64,000 bases of DNA from Patescibacteria group bacterium (GTDB taxonomy: Bacteria > Patescibacteriota > Microgenomatia > UBA1400 > PJMF01): positions 520,539 through 584,538 of the forward strand of contig BOKX01000001.1 of NCBI GenBank assembly GCA_016861205.1, given 5' to 3'. Of this stretch, positions 46,974 to 56,600 are shown piece by piece. Under the pieces are notes generated by a model, which was not told where the DNA came from, searched no databases, and saw only the letters and a list, made by a program, of their open reading frames with translations. The position numbers and the translations under genes are program-made. How positions within the stretch are numbered: position 1 is the first letter of the stretch; each line of letters begins with the position of its first letter.

Positions 46974-47378
46974 TTATTTAGCTTTCTTGGCTGCATCTAA
47001 TTTTGCGGCCGCTTCTTTAGTCATAGCACCAATGGTTCGGCGAGCGCCTCGTTTGGTCCGACTATTAGAACGGGTTCGCTGACCTCGCACTGGCAAACCA
47101 GCTTGATGTCGCATTCCGCGGTAGGCTTTCACACGTTTTAATCGATCAATGTTGTCATTGATGATGCGTCGTAAGTTACCTTCCACGTTATGCTTTTCGA
47201 GAACACGCTGGATACGACTAATCTCGTCACCACTCAGGTCACGAGCTCGTTTCTCAGGATCAACTTTTGCCTCTGACAAAACTGCATCAGCAATCTTTGG
47301 GCCAACTCCATAGAGATAGCGCAAAGAAAAGCGAATTTTTTTGTGTTCTGGGAGGTCGATACCGGCAATACGTGGCAT
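46974..47378 (-). CDS. rpsM: 30S ribosomal protein S13
   Basis: RIAG, YRG.RH, LPVRGQRTR.N.RT. Confidence 0.98.
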   Translation of the reverse strand: MPRIAGIDLPEHKKIRFSLRYLYGVGPKIADAVLSEAKVDPEKRARDLSGDEISRIQRVLEKHNVEGNLRRIINDNIDRLKRVKAYRGMRHQAGLPVRGQRTRSNSRTKRGARRTIGAMTKEAAAKLDAAKKAK

Positions 47379-47386
47379 AGGAAAGA

Positions 47387-47500
47387 TTACCCTTGGCGTT
47401 GTTTGTGCTTAGGATTGGTGCACACCACTCGAAGCACACCACGGCGCTTGATCAGCTTACAGTGCATACACATGGCTTTGACTGATGAGCGAACTTTCAT
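47387..47500 (-). CDS. rpmJ: 50S ribosomal protein L36 (Zn-ribbon form)
   Basis: Manual translation [37 protein letters not shown]; below the ORF-track cutoff. Confidence 0.97.
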   Translation of the reverse strand: MKVRSSVKAMCMHCKLIKRRGVLRVVCTNPKHKQRQG

Positions 47501-47572
47501 AAGTTTTATAGCTTGATACAATGTATAAAGACAAAGGTGAACTATACCTCAAGAGAGGCAAATCATCAAGGT

Positions 47573-47902
47573 CTAATTTTGCTGCGGACCCTTTTTCATT
47601 GATCTATACGTAATTTTACACTTATTGAGGTCATATTTTGACACGTATCCCTTGACGGAATCGCCGGGCATAACGCGAATTCGGTACAATCGCATCTTAC
47701 CAGCCAGTGTACCAATCAAAACTCTGTCCATCATCTGAGGGACATTGGAGTTGGTCACTTTGACTCGGAACATCGTGTTTGGCAAACACTCTTCAACAGT
47801 GCCTTCAATCTCAAAGCGGTCATCTCGATCTGCACTTTCAGTGGTCAAATCGACTTGACGCTTAGCTTTGGCGGCTCGTTTGTGGTCTTGGACTCTACCC
47901 AT
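47573..47902 (-). CDS. infA: Translation initiation factor IF-1 (extended)
   Basis: IEGTV.E.LPNTMFRV, GKMR..RIR..PGD.V, YDL...ITYR. Confidence 0.93.
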   Translation of the reverse strand: MGRVQDHKRAAKAKRQVDLTTESADRDDRFEIEGTVEECLPNTMFRVKVTNSNVPQMMDRVLIGTLAGKMRLYRIRVMPGDSVKGYVSKYDLNKCKITYRSMKKGPQQN

Positions 47903-47966
47903 ATCCGGGTATTATACCTTAAACCAGGCCTTTTTTCAAAACTGGGGGTCTCATAGACAGAATCAA

Positions 47967-48524
47967 CTACCTTGTTGGCTTGAGAACTTTGGCCAGCTTG
48001 AGATAGTAGGAGAGCAACAGTCCACGAACTTCTTCTCGATCATCAATGCTCAGTTTGTCATGTGGATGCTTGGCCAACCACATCATAATCGCCACTCGCT
48101 GCACGCCCAAACCCCAGGAATCTTCGTCAGTTAAACTGTAAATTTTCTCCTGCAAAGCACTAAAGTAGACTTCAGCGTCTTCCCAGCGCTGATCGGCTAT
48201 GGCCTGCCGGTAGTCAGTTTCCCACCCTACCAGGGTTGAAACTTGAGCACTCCGGTTTCTCAGCTCAGTCACGAGCTCGGTGTAGTACTGAGCCATCAGG
48301 ACTTGGAACGTTGGTGGGTGATTTTGGAACATCAACCCAGCCACATCGGCAACTTCGGTCAACACCACGGCAGTCAGTTCTGGTAAATCAAACAGCAACT
48401 GTCGCAATAAAACCCGGGCGGCTAAGGCAGCCAGCGGATCTGGGTTCTCGCCACGCTGGGCTTCAATGAGCTGCATTTCCTGCTGCATAGCGGTTACAAA
48501 GTCGAGTTCAAAACGTTTTGTCAT
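47967..48524 (-). CDS. Hypothetical protein
   Basis: 185-aa ORF in operon orientation between map and infA. Confidence 0.65.
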   Translation of the reverse strand: MTKRFELDFVTAMQQEMQLIEAQRGENPDPLAALAARVLLRQLLFDLPELTAVVLTEVADVAGLMFQNHPPTFQVLMAQYYTELVTELRNRSAQVSTLVGWETDYRQAIADQRWEDAEVYFSALQEKIYSLTDEDSWGLGVQRVAIMMWLAKHPHDKLSIDDREEVRGLLLSYYLKLAKVLKPTR

Positions 48525-48533
48525 AGAGATTCT

Positions 48534-49280
48534 TTACTTGGTTAGAACTTCTGGTTCTCCATCGGTAACTAAAACTGTTTCCTCAAACATCCCTGACAGA
48601 GAGCCGTCAATAGTTTGATACGTCCAGCCATCTTTGCCAACTTCTAAGTCTGGATAACCAGCTGTATACATAATCTCGATAGCTAGTGTCATACCAGGGA
48701 CCACCTTAATCTTTTTGTCAGACTTCTGGGCTACACACGGGATACTGGGCCAGGCGTGCAACTCCCGACCAATGCCGTGGCCTGTTAGTTGATACACAGC
48801 GCCATATCCATAGTTTTCAACCCCTTTTTGCATGGCTCGGCTGATGTCATAAATCGTAGAACCAACCCGAGCTTTGGCGATCGCTTTATCAACAGCCTGT
48901 CGGCCTCGTGCTAGAAAGTCTTTCACTTCCTGAGAAACAGGCGCCACTGCGACCGTAGTAGTGGTATCGAGATGATAACCTTGCCAAATCAAACCCACGT
49001 CAATGGTGATAACATCACCAGCTTCCACACGTTTGCCTTTGGGAATACCGTGACAAACTTCGTCGTTTCTCATCAGACACGTGGCCCAGTGGTACCCAGG
49101 CACTGTGGAAAAGCTGGGCACCGCCCCTTCGGCTTTAATGAGAGCTTGGGCCTTCGCCTCGATCGACTCGAACGTCACACCAGGTTTGACCATGGCTGCC
49201 AGTGCGTGTTTAACCCGCCCCAAAGCTGGACCGCCTTGACGCATGGCTGCAATTTTTTGTTGATCTACCTGAGATTTCAT
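48534..49280 (-). CDS. map: Methionine aminopeptidase type I
   Basis: N.EVCHGIP, IDVG, TGHGIG..LH, FEETV; start moved to ATG 49280 behind TATAAT. Confidence 0.95.
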   Translation of the reverse strand: MKSQVDQQKIAAMRQGGPALGRVKHALAAMVKPGVTFESIEAKAQALIKAEGAVPSFSTVPGYHWATCLMRNDEVCHGIPKGKRVEAGDVITIDVGLIWQGYHLDTTTTVAVAPVSQEVKDFLARGRQAVDKAIAKARVGSTIYDISRAMQKGVENYGYGAVYQLTGHGIGRELHAWPSIPCVAQKSDKKIKVVPGMTLAIEIMYTAGYPDLEVGKDGWTYQTIDGSLSGMFEETVLVTDGEPEVLTK

Positions 49281-49318
49281 CCCGCTATTATACTCCAAAC
49301 CAGCTGAGCATCACTTGT

Positions 49319-49780
49319 TTAGGTGTCAGAGCCCGTTTGACTCAATAGTTTGAGTAACCGACCAAGATAGATATCTAGCGCCCCTGCGTTGGTGTCTTTG
49401 TTTTTGTAGGTCTTACCAATCTCGTATTGGGTGACTTCCCATCGGCCACGAGTGGTTTCCCCAGTTTTGAGGTTTTTGACCTGCGCTTCTGTTGTTTGAG
49501 GATAGATGATCTGAGCGGCGATGAGTGGCTCCGCGGTCAGCTCCCACGGATTCCAGTACGAGATTTGAATGACGGCGTGACCACCATTGATAAAACCTAA
49601 AAACACTAATCTATCTGGACTGGGCAATACTAACCGCCAAAAGCCGACTTCAGCATCGCCTCCTAATGAGAACTCAAGGGGAGCTGTCCAGGGACCTTTG
49701 GTCACAAACTGATCTTGAAAGTCTTCACTTTCAACTACAGCTTTGAGGCGGGCAGCTCGTTCTGGACGAATGGCTGACAT
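49319..49780 (-). CDS. Hypothetical protein
   Basis: 153-aa ORF between adk and map. Confidence 0.65.
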   Translation of the reverse strand: MSAIRPERAARLKAVVESEDFQDQFVTKGPWTAPLEFSLGGDAEVGFWRLVLPSPDRLVFLGFINGGHAVIQISYWNPWELTAEPLIAAQIIYPQTTEAQVKNLKTGETTRGRWEVTQYEIGKTYKNKDTNAGALDIYLGRLLKLLSQTGSDT

Positions 49781-49798
49781 GATCGGTCCAAAAAACGA

Positions 49799-50335
49799 CT
49801 AGGCTTTGATGTGTTTCATGATGTCGGCAAAGACACCTTCAACATCTTGCTCGCCGTTTACGTCAATAAGCTTGCCGTGTTGACGATAGTACTCGATAAC
49901 TGGCTCAGTTTTTTCGTGGAACAACTCAATTCGTTTACGAATCGCGTTGAGCGTCTCGTCCTCTCGATCAGAAACTCGACCTGAAATTCGCCACAAGGCC
50001 TCTCGGTCTGAGACATCAATCAAAATAACTTTTTCAGCTTCATCGGCAAAAGCCTCGGCTTGAGGCACTGTGCGAGGAAAACCATCCAAGATATAACCCT
50101 TACTGTATTCTGGTCTTTTCAGATAGGTCAAAATAATTTCTAAGGTGGTGTCGTCTGGAATCAAGATGCCGGCGTTCAACGTTTCTTTCAGCCAACGACC
50201 TAATTTAGTTTTTTCTTTAGCCATTTCTCGGAACACGTGGCCAGATGAGAGGTAAGGAATTCCCAACTCAGCTGACAGCATATTCCCTTGAGTGGACTTG
50301 CCCGCTCCTTGAATGCCAATCAAAACTAGTTTCAT
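49799..50335 (-). CDS. adk: Adenylate kinase (short, LID-less form)
   Basis: G.QGAGKSTQ, ILDGFPRT..QA, R.D; start MKLVL after AAAGGAG. Confidence 0.94.
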   Translation of the reverse strand: MKLVLIGIQGAGKSTQGNMLSAELGIPYLSSGHVFREMAKEKTKLGRWLKETLNAGILIPDDTTLEIILTYLKRPEYSKGYILDGFPRTVPQAEAFADEAEKVILIDVSDREALWRISGRVSDREDETLNAIRKRIELFHEKTEPVIEYYRQHGKLIDVNGEQDVEGVFADIMKHIKA

Positions 50336-50357
50336 AGTGCTCCTTTGTGGGTGAATG

Positions 50358-51644
50358 TTAGGTGTATTGTTCGTAATTTTGGCCAACCAGTTGACTCTGA
50401 ACTTGTTTGGCTGTCTCTAAAATAACTGAGACCACAATTAAAACACTGGTACCACCAATCGCCAACGACTGGATTCCCGTGGCAGCTTGAGCCACTGAAG
50501 GCAACAACGCAATGAAACCCAGGAAGACTGCACCAGCCACGGTGATGCGACTGACCACGAACTCCAGGAAGTGCTTGGTGGGCGCACCAGGCCGAATGCC
50601 TGGCACAAAGGCGCCACTCTTCTTGAGTTCATCAGCCAAGTCACCGGCATTGAAGAAAATCAGGGCTGAGAAAAACGTAAACGCAAACACAATTGAGAAG
50701 TACACAGCCATATAGATTGGCGAAGTCTGGGAAAACCAGACACTTAGTCGTTGCCCCCACTCGAGCAAGGCCGGCTGACCACTACCGGTCATCAACCGCG
50801 CCACAAAACCGGGAACCAACATGATGGAGACAGCAAAAATGATCGGCAAAACGCCAGTCACGTTCACCCGAATGGGCAAATGCGTAGTCTGACCACCGTA
50901 CATGCGGCTGCCACGCTGTCGCTTGGCGTACTGGATCTGGACCTTACGAATCGCTTCGTTCATGAACACAACTAGACCAATCACCCCCAAGAAAACCAGC
51001 GCAAACACAGCCACAGTCAAGTACTGCTGGGCGGTAATCGTCACACTGGCTTGAGCCAGTGCCACCGGCAACTGACTGACGATACCGGCAAACAAGACCA
51101 TCGAGATACCATTGCCGATACCATATAAACTAACGAGTTCACCCAGCCACAACAACACCATCGATCCTGCTACCAGAGTGGTGATCAAAGCCACCAAGCT
51201 CAGAGGATCACTGGCAGCCAGCAAACCTTGAGAACGTAACAGAGCTAGCACCGACATACTCTGCACCACGGCGAGTGGCACAGCCAAAAAGCGAGTGTAT
51301 TGGTTCAAACGTTCACGACCGGCTTCGCCATCTTTCTGCAGCTCTTTGAGCTTGGGAAACACCATGGTAGAAAGCTGGACTACGATTGAAGCCGTAATGT
51401 ACGGGTTGATACCCACCGCCATGATTGAGAAGTTAGCTAAAGTACCACCAGAGAAGATGTTCAGCAAACTCAAAAATTGATTACCGGCAAACAACGCTCG
51501 AAGTTGAGCGACATCTACACCCGGTAAGGGCACATGCGCAAAAAGGCGGAAAACCAGGAAAATAAGTGCGGTAAAAATGAGCTTTTTGCGAAGCTCCCGG
51601 TTGTGCCAGATCGTGGTCACTGTTTGCCACATGTAGTTGGTCAC
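50358..51644 (-). CDS. secY: Preprotein translocase SecY
   Basis: [36 protein letters not shown]. Confidence 0.98.
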   Translation of the reverse strand: MTNYMWQTVTTIWHNRELRKKLIFTALIFLVFRLFAHVPLPGVDVAQLRALFAGNQFLSLLNIFSGGTLANFSIMAVGINPYITASIVVQLSTMVFPKLKELQKDGEAGRERLNQYTRFLAVPLAVVQSMSVLALLRSQGLLAASDPLSLVALITTLVAGSMVLLWLGELVSLYGIGNGISMVLFAGIVSQLPVALAQASVTITAQQYLTVAVFALVFLGVIGLVVFMNEAIRKVQIQYAKRQRGSRMYGGQTTHLPIRVNVTGVLPIIFAVSIMLVPGFVARLMTGSGQPALLEWGQRLSVWFSQTSPIYMAVYFSIVFAFTFFSALIFFNAGDLADELKKSGAFVPGIRPGAPTKHFLEFVVSRITVAGAVFLGFIALLPSVAQAATGIQSLAIGGTSVLIVVSVILETAKQVQSQLVGQNYEQYT

Positions 51645-51675
51645 CCGTCCGTCGTAATGCTAGTAGCTGTTCAAG

Positions 51676-52113
51676 TTACTGAACTTGGCCACCAGCTTTA
51701 ATAATCAGCTCTTTGGCAGCTTGTGAGACTCGCAGACCTTGGACAGTCACAGCTCGACTCAAACTACCAGTAGCGATAATTTTAGCTTGTTTAAACTCAG
51801 GAGCAATCAGCTTTTCAAGCTTGAGTGTTTCCAGAGTTACGACTTCATTCTTCATTTTCTGCAGATCACTCAAGGTAATTTCAGCAGTCGGTCGAACCAC
51901 GTTGAAACGTGATTTACCCCGCATCATTGGCAAGCGCTTGATCAAAGGCAGTTGACCACCTTCAAACCAGTCGCGTGATTGACCATCTTTGCGGGCTTTG
52001 TGACCCTTGGTACCACGGCCAATGGTGTGAGCACCCTTGCCTGAACCATGACCACGACCTAAGCGTTTGCTGGCCTTAGTGGTAATGCTGGGTAGAGTGT
52101 GCAGTATAGACAT
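51676..52113 (-). CDS. rplO: 50S ribosomal protein L15
   Basis: RLGRG.GSGKG, GRG.KG.KAR, FEGGQ.PL. Confidence 0.97.
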   Translation of the reverse strand: MSILHTLPSITTKASKRLGRGHGSGKGAHTIGRGTKGHKARKDGQSRDWFEGGQLPLIKRLPMMRGKSRFNVVRPTAEITLSDLQKMKNEVVTLETLKLEKLIAPEFKQAKIIATGSLSRAVTVQGLRVSQAAKELIIKAGGQVQ

Positions 52114-52125
52114 ATAAATCCTGTA

Positions 52126-52818
52126 TTAAGCGGCTGCTTCTTTCTTTTCAGCTTTTGGCTTGGCAGGTTTGGCAGCTGGTTTTTTAGCTGGCTTGGCTGC
52201 TTTAGCGGCTGGTTGCTCAGCTTTTTTCTCGGCTGTGGCTGGCTTGGTTGTCTTAGCAGCTTTAGCTTGAGCTTGCAGCTCTTCGAGTTTTTTAGCTTCC
52301 TGGGCTTCCAGCTCAGCAATTGACTTGAGCTTAATGCCTTTGAGCTTGACGATCTTTTCGATTTGTTTCAAAGCTTCAAAGGTAGCATACACATTTGAGG
52401 CTTTATTGTTGGTCCCTAAAATCTTACTCGAGATGTCTCGAACACCAGCGGCTTCAACCACTGCTCGGACTGGACCACCCGCGATAACACCAGAACCTTT
52501 AGGAGCTGGCTTCAGCATTACTCTACCGGCACCTTGTTTAACACTGATAGAAAATGGAATGGTTGTCCCATCCAATGGCACGGTAATCATTTTTTTCTTA
52601 GCTCGTTTCACACCTTTACGCATAGCGGCCAGTACGTCTTTGGCTTTACCCAAACCGACACCGACTCGACCTTTGCGGTCACCAACCACCATTAGGATTG
52701 AGAAACCCATTTTGTTTCCACCCTTGGTTTTCTTGGACACCCGAGAAATTTGAATGACTTTCTCTTCAAACTCACTTGGGGTTTGGCTTTGAGCTAGGGT
52801 TTTAACATCGTGCGACAT
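52126..52818 (-). CDS. rpsE: 30S ribosomal protein S5
   Basis: RV.K..KGG, VVGD..G.VG.G.GK, PA..G.G.IAGG. Confidence 0.98.
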   Translation of the reverse strand: MSHDVKTLAQSQTPSEFEEKVIQISRVSKKTKGGNKMGFSILMVVGDRKGRVGVGLGKAKDVLAAMRKGVKRAKKKMITVPLDGTTIPFSISVKQGAGRVMLKPAPKGSGVIAGGPVRAVVEAAGVRDISSKILGTNNKASNVYATFEALKQIEKIVKLKGIKLKSIAELEAQEAKKLEELQAQAKAAKTTKPATAEKKAEQPAAKAAKPAKKPAAKPAKPKAEKKEAAA

Positions 52819-52821
52819 GAA

Positions 52822-53172
52822 CTATACCTCCACTCCCGCTGCGCGGACTGCGTCAGCGATGGCTCGAATTCGACCATGATAGCGGTATGGACCGCGATCT
52901 AAGATAACAGCCTTAATTCCGGCTTTTTTCAGTAATTCAGCTACGTTGGTAGCCACTTCTTGAGCTCGTTCGGTTTTGGTGCCTTTAGTGGCCTTATAAT
53001 CGCTGCCAGCTGCTACAGTAACACCCAATTGATCGTTGATTGCCTGAATGCTGGTGTAACGGTTTGATCGATAGATCGACAATCGAGGTCGTTCCGCAGT
53101 TCCAACCATGTGGTTGCGAACCCGCATTTTTCGTTTAGTAGCACTCGAGGTTTTGTGATTAATTGTTGGCAT
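52822..53172 (-). CDS. rplR: 50S ribosomal protein L18
   Basis: GTAERPRL..RS, DRG.Y.YHGR. Confidence 0.97.
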   Translation of the reverse strand: MPTINHKTSSATKRKMRVRNHMVGTAERPRLSIYRSNRYTSIQAINDQLGVTVAAGSDYKATKGTKTERAQEVATNVAELLKKAGIKAVILDRGPYRYHGRIRAIADAVRAAGVEV

Positions 53173-53176
53173 AGTC

Positions 53177-53713
53177 TTAAGCCGCGGCTTTACCTTGCTT
53201 ACGTCGAACTACTTCATCTTCATAACGGATACCTTTACCCTTGTAAGGTTCAGGTGGTTTGATCTTGCGAATGTTAGCTGCCATTTGGCCCACTACTTGC
53301 TTGTCGATACCCTCAATGTGAATAGTATCGGTGCCATCGATTGACAGCTTGATACCTGGTTCGGCTTTGATATCAACTGGATGTGAGAAACCCAGTGACA
53401 GACTGAGACCGGCCCCCTTCATGGTGACGCGATACCCAGTACCAACCAACTTCAAGGTTTTCTTATAACCAGTCGTGACACCAATCACTGCATTGTTCAG
53501 CAAACTGCGAACCAAACCATGATGAGCGCGCAGCTCTTTGGTCTCTTGTTGACGACCCACAGTTAGTTCATTGTCGGCGACAGTGACAGTGATACCAGCG
53601 GTAACTGGAACCATGACCTGACCTTTGGGGCCTGCCACAGTGACAGAATCAGCGTTAACGGTAACGGTGACTCCACTGGGAATACTGATAGCTTTACGTC
53701 CAATTCGTGACAT
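53177..53713 (-). CDS. rplF: 50S ribosomal protein L6
   Basis: MSRIG, GPKG, LGFSHP, PEPYKGKGIRY. Confidence 0.98.
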   Translation of the reverse strand: MSRIGRKAISIPSGVTVTVNADSVTVAGPKGQVMVPVTAGITVTVADNELTVGRQQETKELRAHHGLVRSLLNNAVIGVTTGYKKTLKLVGTGYRVTMKGAGLSLSLGFSHPVDIKAEPGIKLSIDGTDTIHIEGIDKQVVGQMAANIRKIKPPEPYKGKGIRYEDEVVRRKQGKAAA

Positions 53714-53715
53714 AT

Positions 53716-54105
53716 TTACCAAACCTGACACATAATTTCGCCACCCACATTGAGTTTGCGAGCTTCGGCATCGGTGACGATCCCCTTACTGGTGGAGACA
53801 ATCGTAATTCCATAGCCACCCAAAGCTTGTGGCACTTTGTCTGCTGGAGCGTATAACCGACGTCCAGGTTTTGAGACCCGTTTCACATCAGTAATAGCTG
53901 GCAGCTTACCTACATATTTTAACTTCAACACCAGTTCAGCCTGAGGCTTAACTGGATTGACCTCTACCGCTTCTAAATAGTTGTTTTCCAACAACACTTT
54001 AGCGACCGCCTCTTTAAGTTTTGAGTGTGGCACAATCACCTGACTGTGGCGCACCAACAGGGCGTTTTTAATGCGGATCATCATGTCTGCGATCGGATCG
54101 GTCAT
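53716..54105 (-). CDS. rpsH: 30S ribosomal protein S8
   Basis: DPIADM..RI.N, SKPGRR.Y, STSKG, GGE. Confidence 0.98.
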   Translation of the reverse strand: MTDPIADMMIRIKNALLVRHSQVIVPHSKLKEAVAKVLLENNYLEAVEVNPVKPQAELVLKLKYVGKLPAITDVKRVSKPGRRLYAPADKVPQALGGYGITIVSTSKGIVTDAEARKLNVGGEIMCQVW

Positions 54106-54108
54106 ACC

Positions 54109-54339
54109 TTATTTGCTCGCTTTCACTACACCTGGTAACTCACCTCGGACAGCCATTTCACGGAACGTCAACCGGCTGAGTCCGAAGTAGCGCATGTAGC
54201 CTCTAGGGCGGCCTGTTATTTTACACCGGTTTTGCCCTCGAGTCGACACGCGATTTACTTTTTTAACACCACTCGCCAATAACATGGCTCGCTTTTCATT
54301 CAAGCGAAGTGTCTTAGCGATTTTTGATTTTTTAGCCAT
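54109..54339 (-). CDS. rpsN: 30S ribosomal protein S14 (Zn-independent type)
   Basis: MAKKS, NRC.ITGRPRG..R.FGLSR..FRE, LPGV.KAS. Confidence 0.96.
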   Translation of the reverse strand: MAKKSKIAKTLRLNEKRAMLLASGVKKVNRVSTRGQNRCKITGRPRGYMRYFGLSRLTFREMAVRGELPGVVKASK

Positions 54340-54358
54340 AGTTATTTACTTCCGCCGT

Positions 54359-54913
54359 TTACTTGGTTTTCGCGAACGGCATTCCTAACATATCTAACAA
54401 CTCTCGAGCTGCTTCATCCTCTCGAGCGGTTGTGGTAATAACCACTTGTAAGCTCCGGATTGAGTCGATTTTGTCGTACTCAATCTCTGGGAAGATGATT
54501 TGCTCCTCAATACCCATACTGTAGTTACCTTGCCCATCAAAAGCAGTTCGTGACACACCTTGGAAGTCTTTCACCCGAGGCAAAGCGATCGAGATCAACT
54601 TGTCGAGAAACTCCCACATGTACTGACCTCGCAGTGTGACCATGACCCCCATTGGGTCGCCTTTTCGCAACTTAAAGTTGGAAATGGCTTGGCGAGCTCG
54701 AGTGGTCTGTGGTTGTTGGCCACTGATCAACTTGAACTGAGCTAACACATTTTCGATCACATCTTTACGAGCCCGAGGATCTTGAGGCTTAGTAATACCA
54801 GTGTTGATCACAATTTTGGTCAACCGTGGCACAGCCATCACACTCTTCACCCCCAATTTTTTCTGGAGGGCTGGACGGACTTCGTCGTTGTATTTTTGTT
54901 GTAAGCGATTCAT
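54359..54913 (-). CDS. rplE: 50S ribosomal protein L5
   Basis: SGQ.P, F.LR.G, VTLRG, LPRV.DF.G, FDG.GNY. Confidence 0.98.
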   Translation of the reverse strand: MNRLQQKYNDEVRPALQKKLGVKSVMAVPRLTKIVINTGITKPQDPRARKDVIENVLAQFKLISGQQPQTTRARQAISNFKLRKGDPMGVMVTLRGQYMWEFLDKLISIALPRVKDFQGVSRTAFDGQGNYSMGIEEQIIFPEIEYDKIDSIRSLQVVITTTAREDEAARELLDMLGMPFAKTK

Positions 54914-54916
54914 ACG

Positions 54917-55330
54917 TTAGGCTTTTTTAGTTTTACTCTTAGTTACTTTTGCTTCTTTAGCTGGTTTGTCAGTTTTCTTTTCAGTTTTCTCGACTTTTTT
55001 GGCGGCTGCCTTGACTTGCTTGGCTGCTTCACCAATCACTGTGCCAGTTTTTTTAAAGATACGCTCTTTGCCGGCAGCAGTAACGCGATAACCGACTCGA
55101 TCAGGTTGACCTTTTTCGTTCAAGATGGCCACTTTGGCGGTTGGCAGTGGACGTTCTCGGCGGACTCGCTCTCCAGCTCGCTCACCGTAGGGCTTGATGT
55201 GCTTGACGTACAAGTTCATGCCCTCGACTACCACAGCATCGAGTTTTGGCAAAACGCGGGTAACTTTACCCTGCTTGCCTTTGTCTTTGCCAGCTGTCAC
55301 CAGTACTTGATCACCAACGCGTAACTTCAT
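54917..55330 (-). CDS. rplX: 50S ribosomal protein L24
   Basis: GD.V.V.AGKDKGK.GKV KOW motif. Confidence 0.96.
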   Translation of the reverse strand: MKLRVGDQVLVTAGKDKGKQGKVTRVLPKLDAVVVEGMNLYVKHIKPYGERAGERVRRERPLPTAKVAILNEKGQPDRVGYRVTAAGKERIFKKTGTVIGEAAKQVKAAAKKVEKTEKKTDKPAKEAKVTKSKTKKA

Positions 55331-55338
55331 ATATCCCT

Positions 55339-55713
55339 TTAGAGCACCTCCGGAGCTAAACTCGCGATCTTGGCAAAACCTCGATCTTTAACTTCACGAG
55401 CGATCGGTCCGAACACCCGAGTCCCAAGTGGGTTAGGGTTGCTGAGTGACTCGATCACTACGGCGGCGTTATCATCAAAGCGAATGTACTCTCCATTTGA
55501 ACGGCGAGTTTCTTTGTGAGCCCGAACGATTACTGCTTTCACCTTTTCACCTTTTTTTAGGTTACCTTTAGGATCAGCACTGATCACAGACGCACTCACC
55601 ACGTCCCCTACGAAACCGAAGCGTCGTTTGGAACCACCGTGGACTTGCATCACTCGGAGCTTTTTGGCCCCGCTGTTGTCAGCCACTTGGAGGATTGTTC
55701 GTAATTGAATCAT
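55339..55713 (-). CDS. rplN: 50S ribosomal protein L14
   Basis: [29 protein letters not shown]. Confidence 0.98.
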   Translation of the reverse strand: MIQLRTILQVADNSGAKKLRVMQVHGGSKRRFGFVGDVVSASVISADPKGNLKKGEKVKAVIVRAHKETRRSNGEYIRFDDNAAVVIESLSNPNPLGTRVFGPIAREVKDRGFAKIASLAPEVL

Positions 55714-55715
55714 AC

Positions 55716-55949
55716 TTAGTTCTCAACCTTTGACATTACTTTAAATCGTTTGGTCTTACTGATTGGGCGGCACTCTTGGATAACCACGGTGTCACCTTCA
55801 GCCAAGGTTACGTTTTCGTAGTGACAAGCATATTTTTTACTACGCTTGACGTACTTCTTATAAATTGGGTGTTGCCAGCGATTCGTCACCACCACCGTTA
55901 CGGTTTTGGCTTGTTTGAGCGAGCTGACGACACCTTGTAATGTTTTCAT
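55716..55949 (-). CDS. rpsQ: 30S ribosomal protein S17
   Basis: KTVTV, HP.Y.K, GD.V.I.ECRPISK.K. Confidence 0.97.
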   Translation of the reverse strand: MKTLQGVVSSLKQAKTVTVVVTNRWQHPIYKKYVKRSKKYACHYENVTLAEGDTVVIQECRPISKTKRFKVMSKVEN

Positions 55950-55958
55950 ACTAAATCC

Positions 55959-56180
55959 TTATTCGTTCTCTCCTGAGACAGTAGCTAGTTCTTGCTGTCG
56001 TAAAACAGTTTTCAAACGAGCCACTGTATCTGCCAAACGGCTCAGACTACGTAAGTCTGATAATTTACCGACTCGCTTGGCCAGGCGTTTCTCACCGAGT
56101 TCGCGTGACAAGGTGTCCAGTTGAGCTTGAATCTCAGCTGGGCTTTTGGCGGCTAGTTGGCGAAAATCGCGTCGTTTCAT
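55959..56180 (-). CDS. rpmC: 50S ribosomal protein L29
   Basis: Position between rplP and rpsQ; VARLKTVL. Confidence 0.88.
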   Translation of the reverse strand: MKRRDFRQLAAKSPAEIQAQLDTLSRELGEKRLAKRVGKLSDLRSLSRLADTVARLKTVLRQQELATVSGENE

Positions 56181-56193
56181 ACTGTGTTTATCT

Positions 56194-56598
56194 TTATTTC
56201 TTTACAAAAGTGGTTTTGACTGACAACTTGTGCCCGGCTTTGGTAAAAGCTTCCCGAGCGGCTTGTTCAGTCACACCACTGATCTCAAACAAAATCATAC
56301 CTGGTTTAACTACTGCTACATATTTATCGATATCACCTTTACCGGAACCCATTTTGACACCCACTGGCTTGTGAGTAATGGGCTTGTGTGGGAACAACCG
56401 CATCCAGTAGCGGCCAGCGCGTTTGGTAGCGTAGGTGATTTTTTTACGAGCGGCTTCAATTTGACGAGCTGAAACCCAACCAACAGTGGTAGCTTTCAGA
56501 CCGTACTCACCGAAGGCCACCGTCGAACCACGCAAAGCCACACCGCGGCGTTTGCCTCGAAATTCTTTGCGGAATTTTGATTTCTTAGGTTGTAACAT
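56194..56598 (-). CDS. rplP: 50S ribosomal protein L16
   Basis: MLQPK, RQIEAAR, FP.KP, MGSGKG. Confidence 0.98.
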   Translation of the reverse strand: MLQPKKSKFRKEFRGKRRGVALRGSTVAFGEYGLKATTVGWVSARQIEAARKKITYATKRAGRYWMRLFPHKPITHKPVGVKMGSGKGDIDKYVAVVKPGMILFEISGVTEQAAREAFTKAGHKLSVKTTFVKK

Positions 56599-56600
56599 GG

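Noticed and set aside
52114-52125. Absence of rpmD (uL30) as a novelty
   Set aside because: An established CPR trait; used only as a taxonomic clue.
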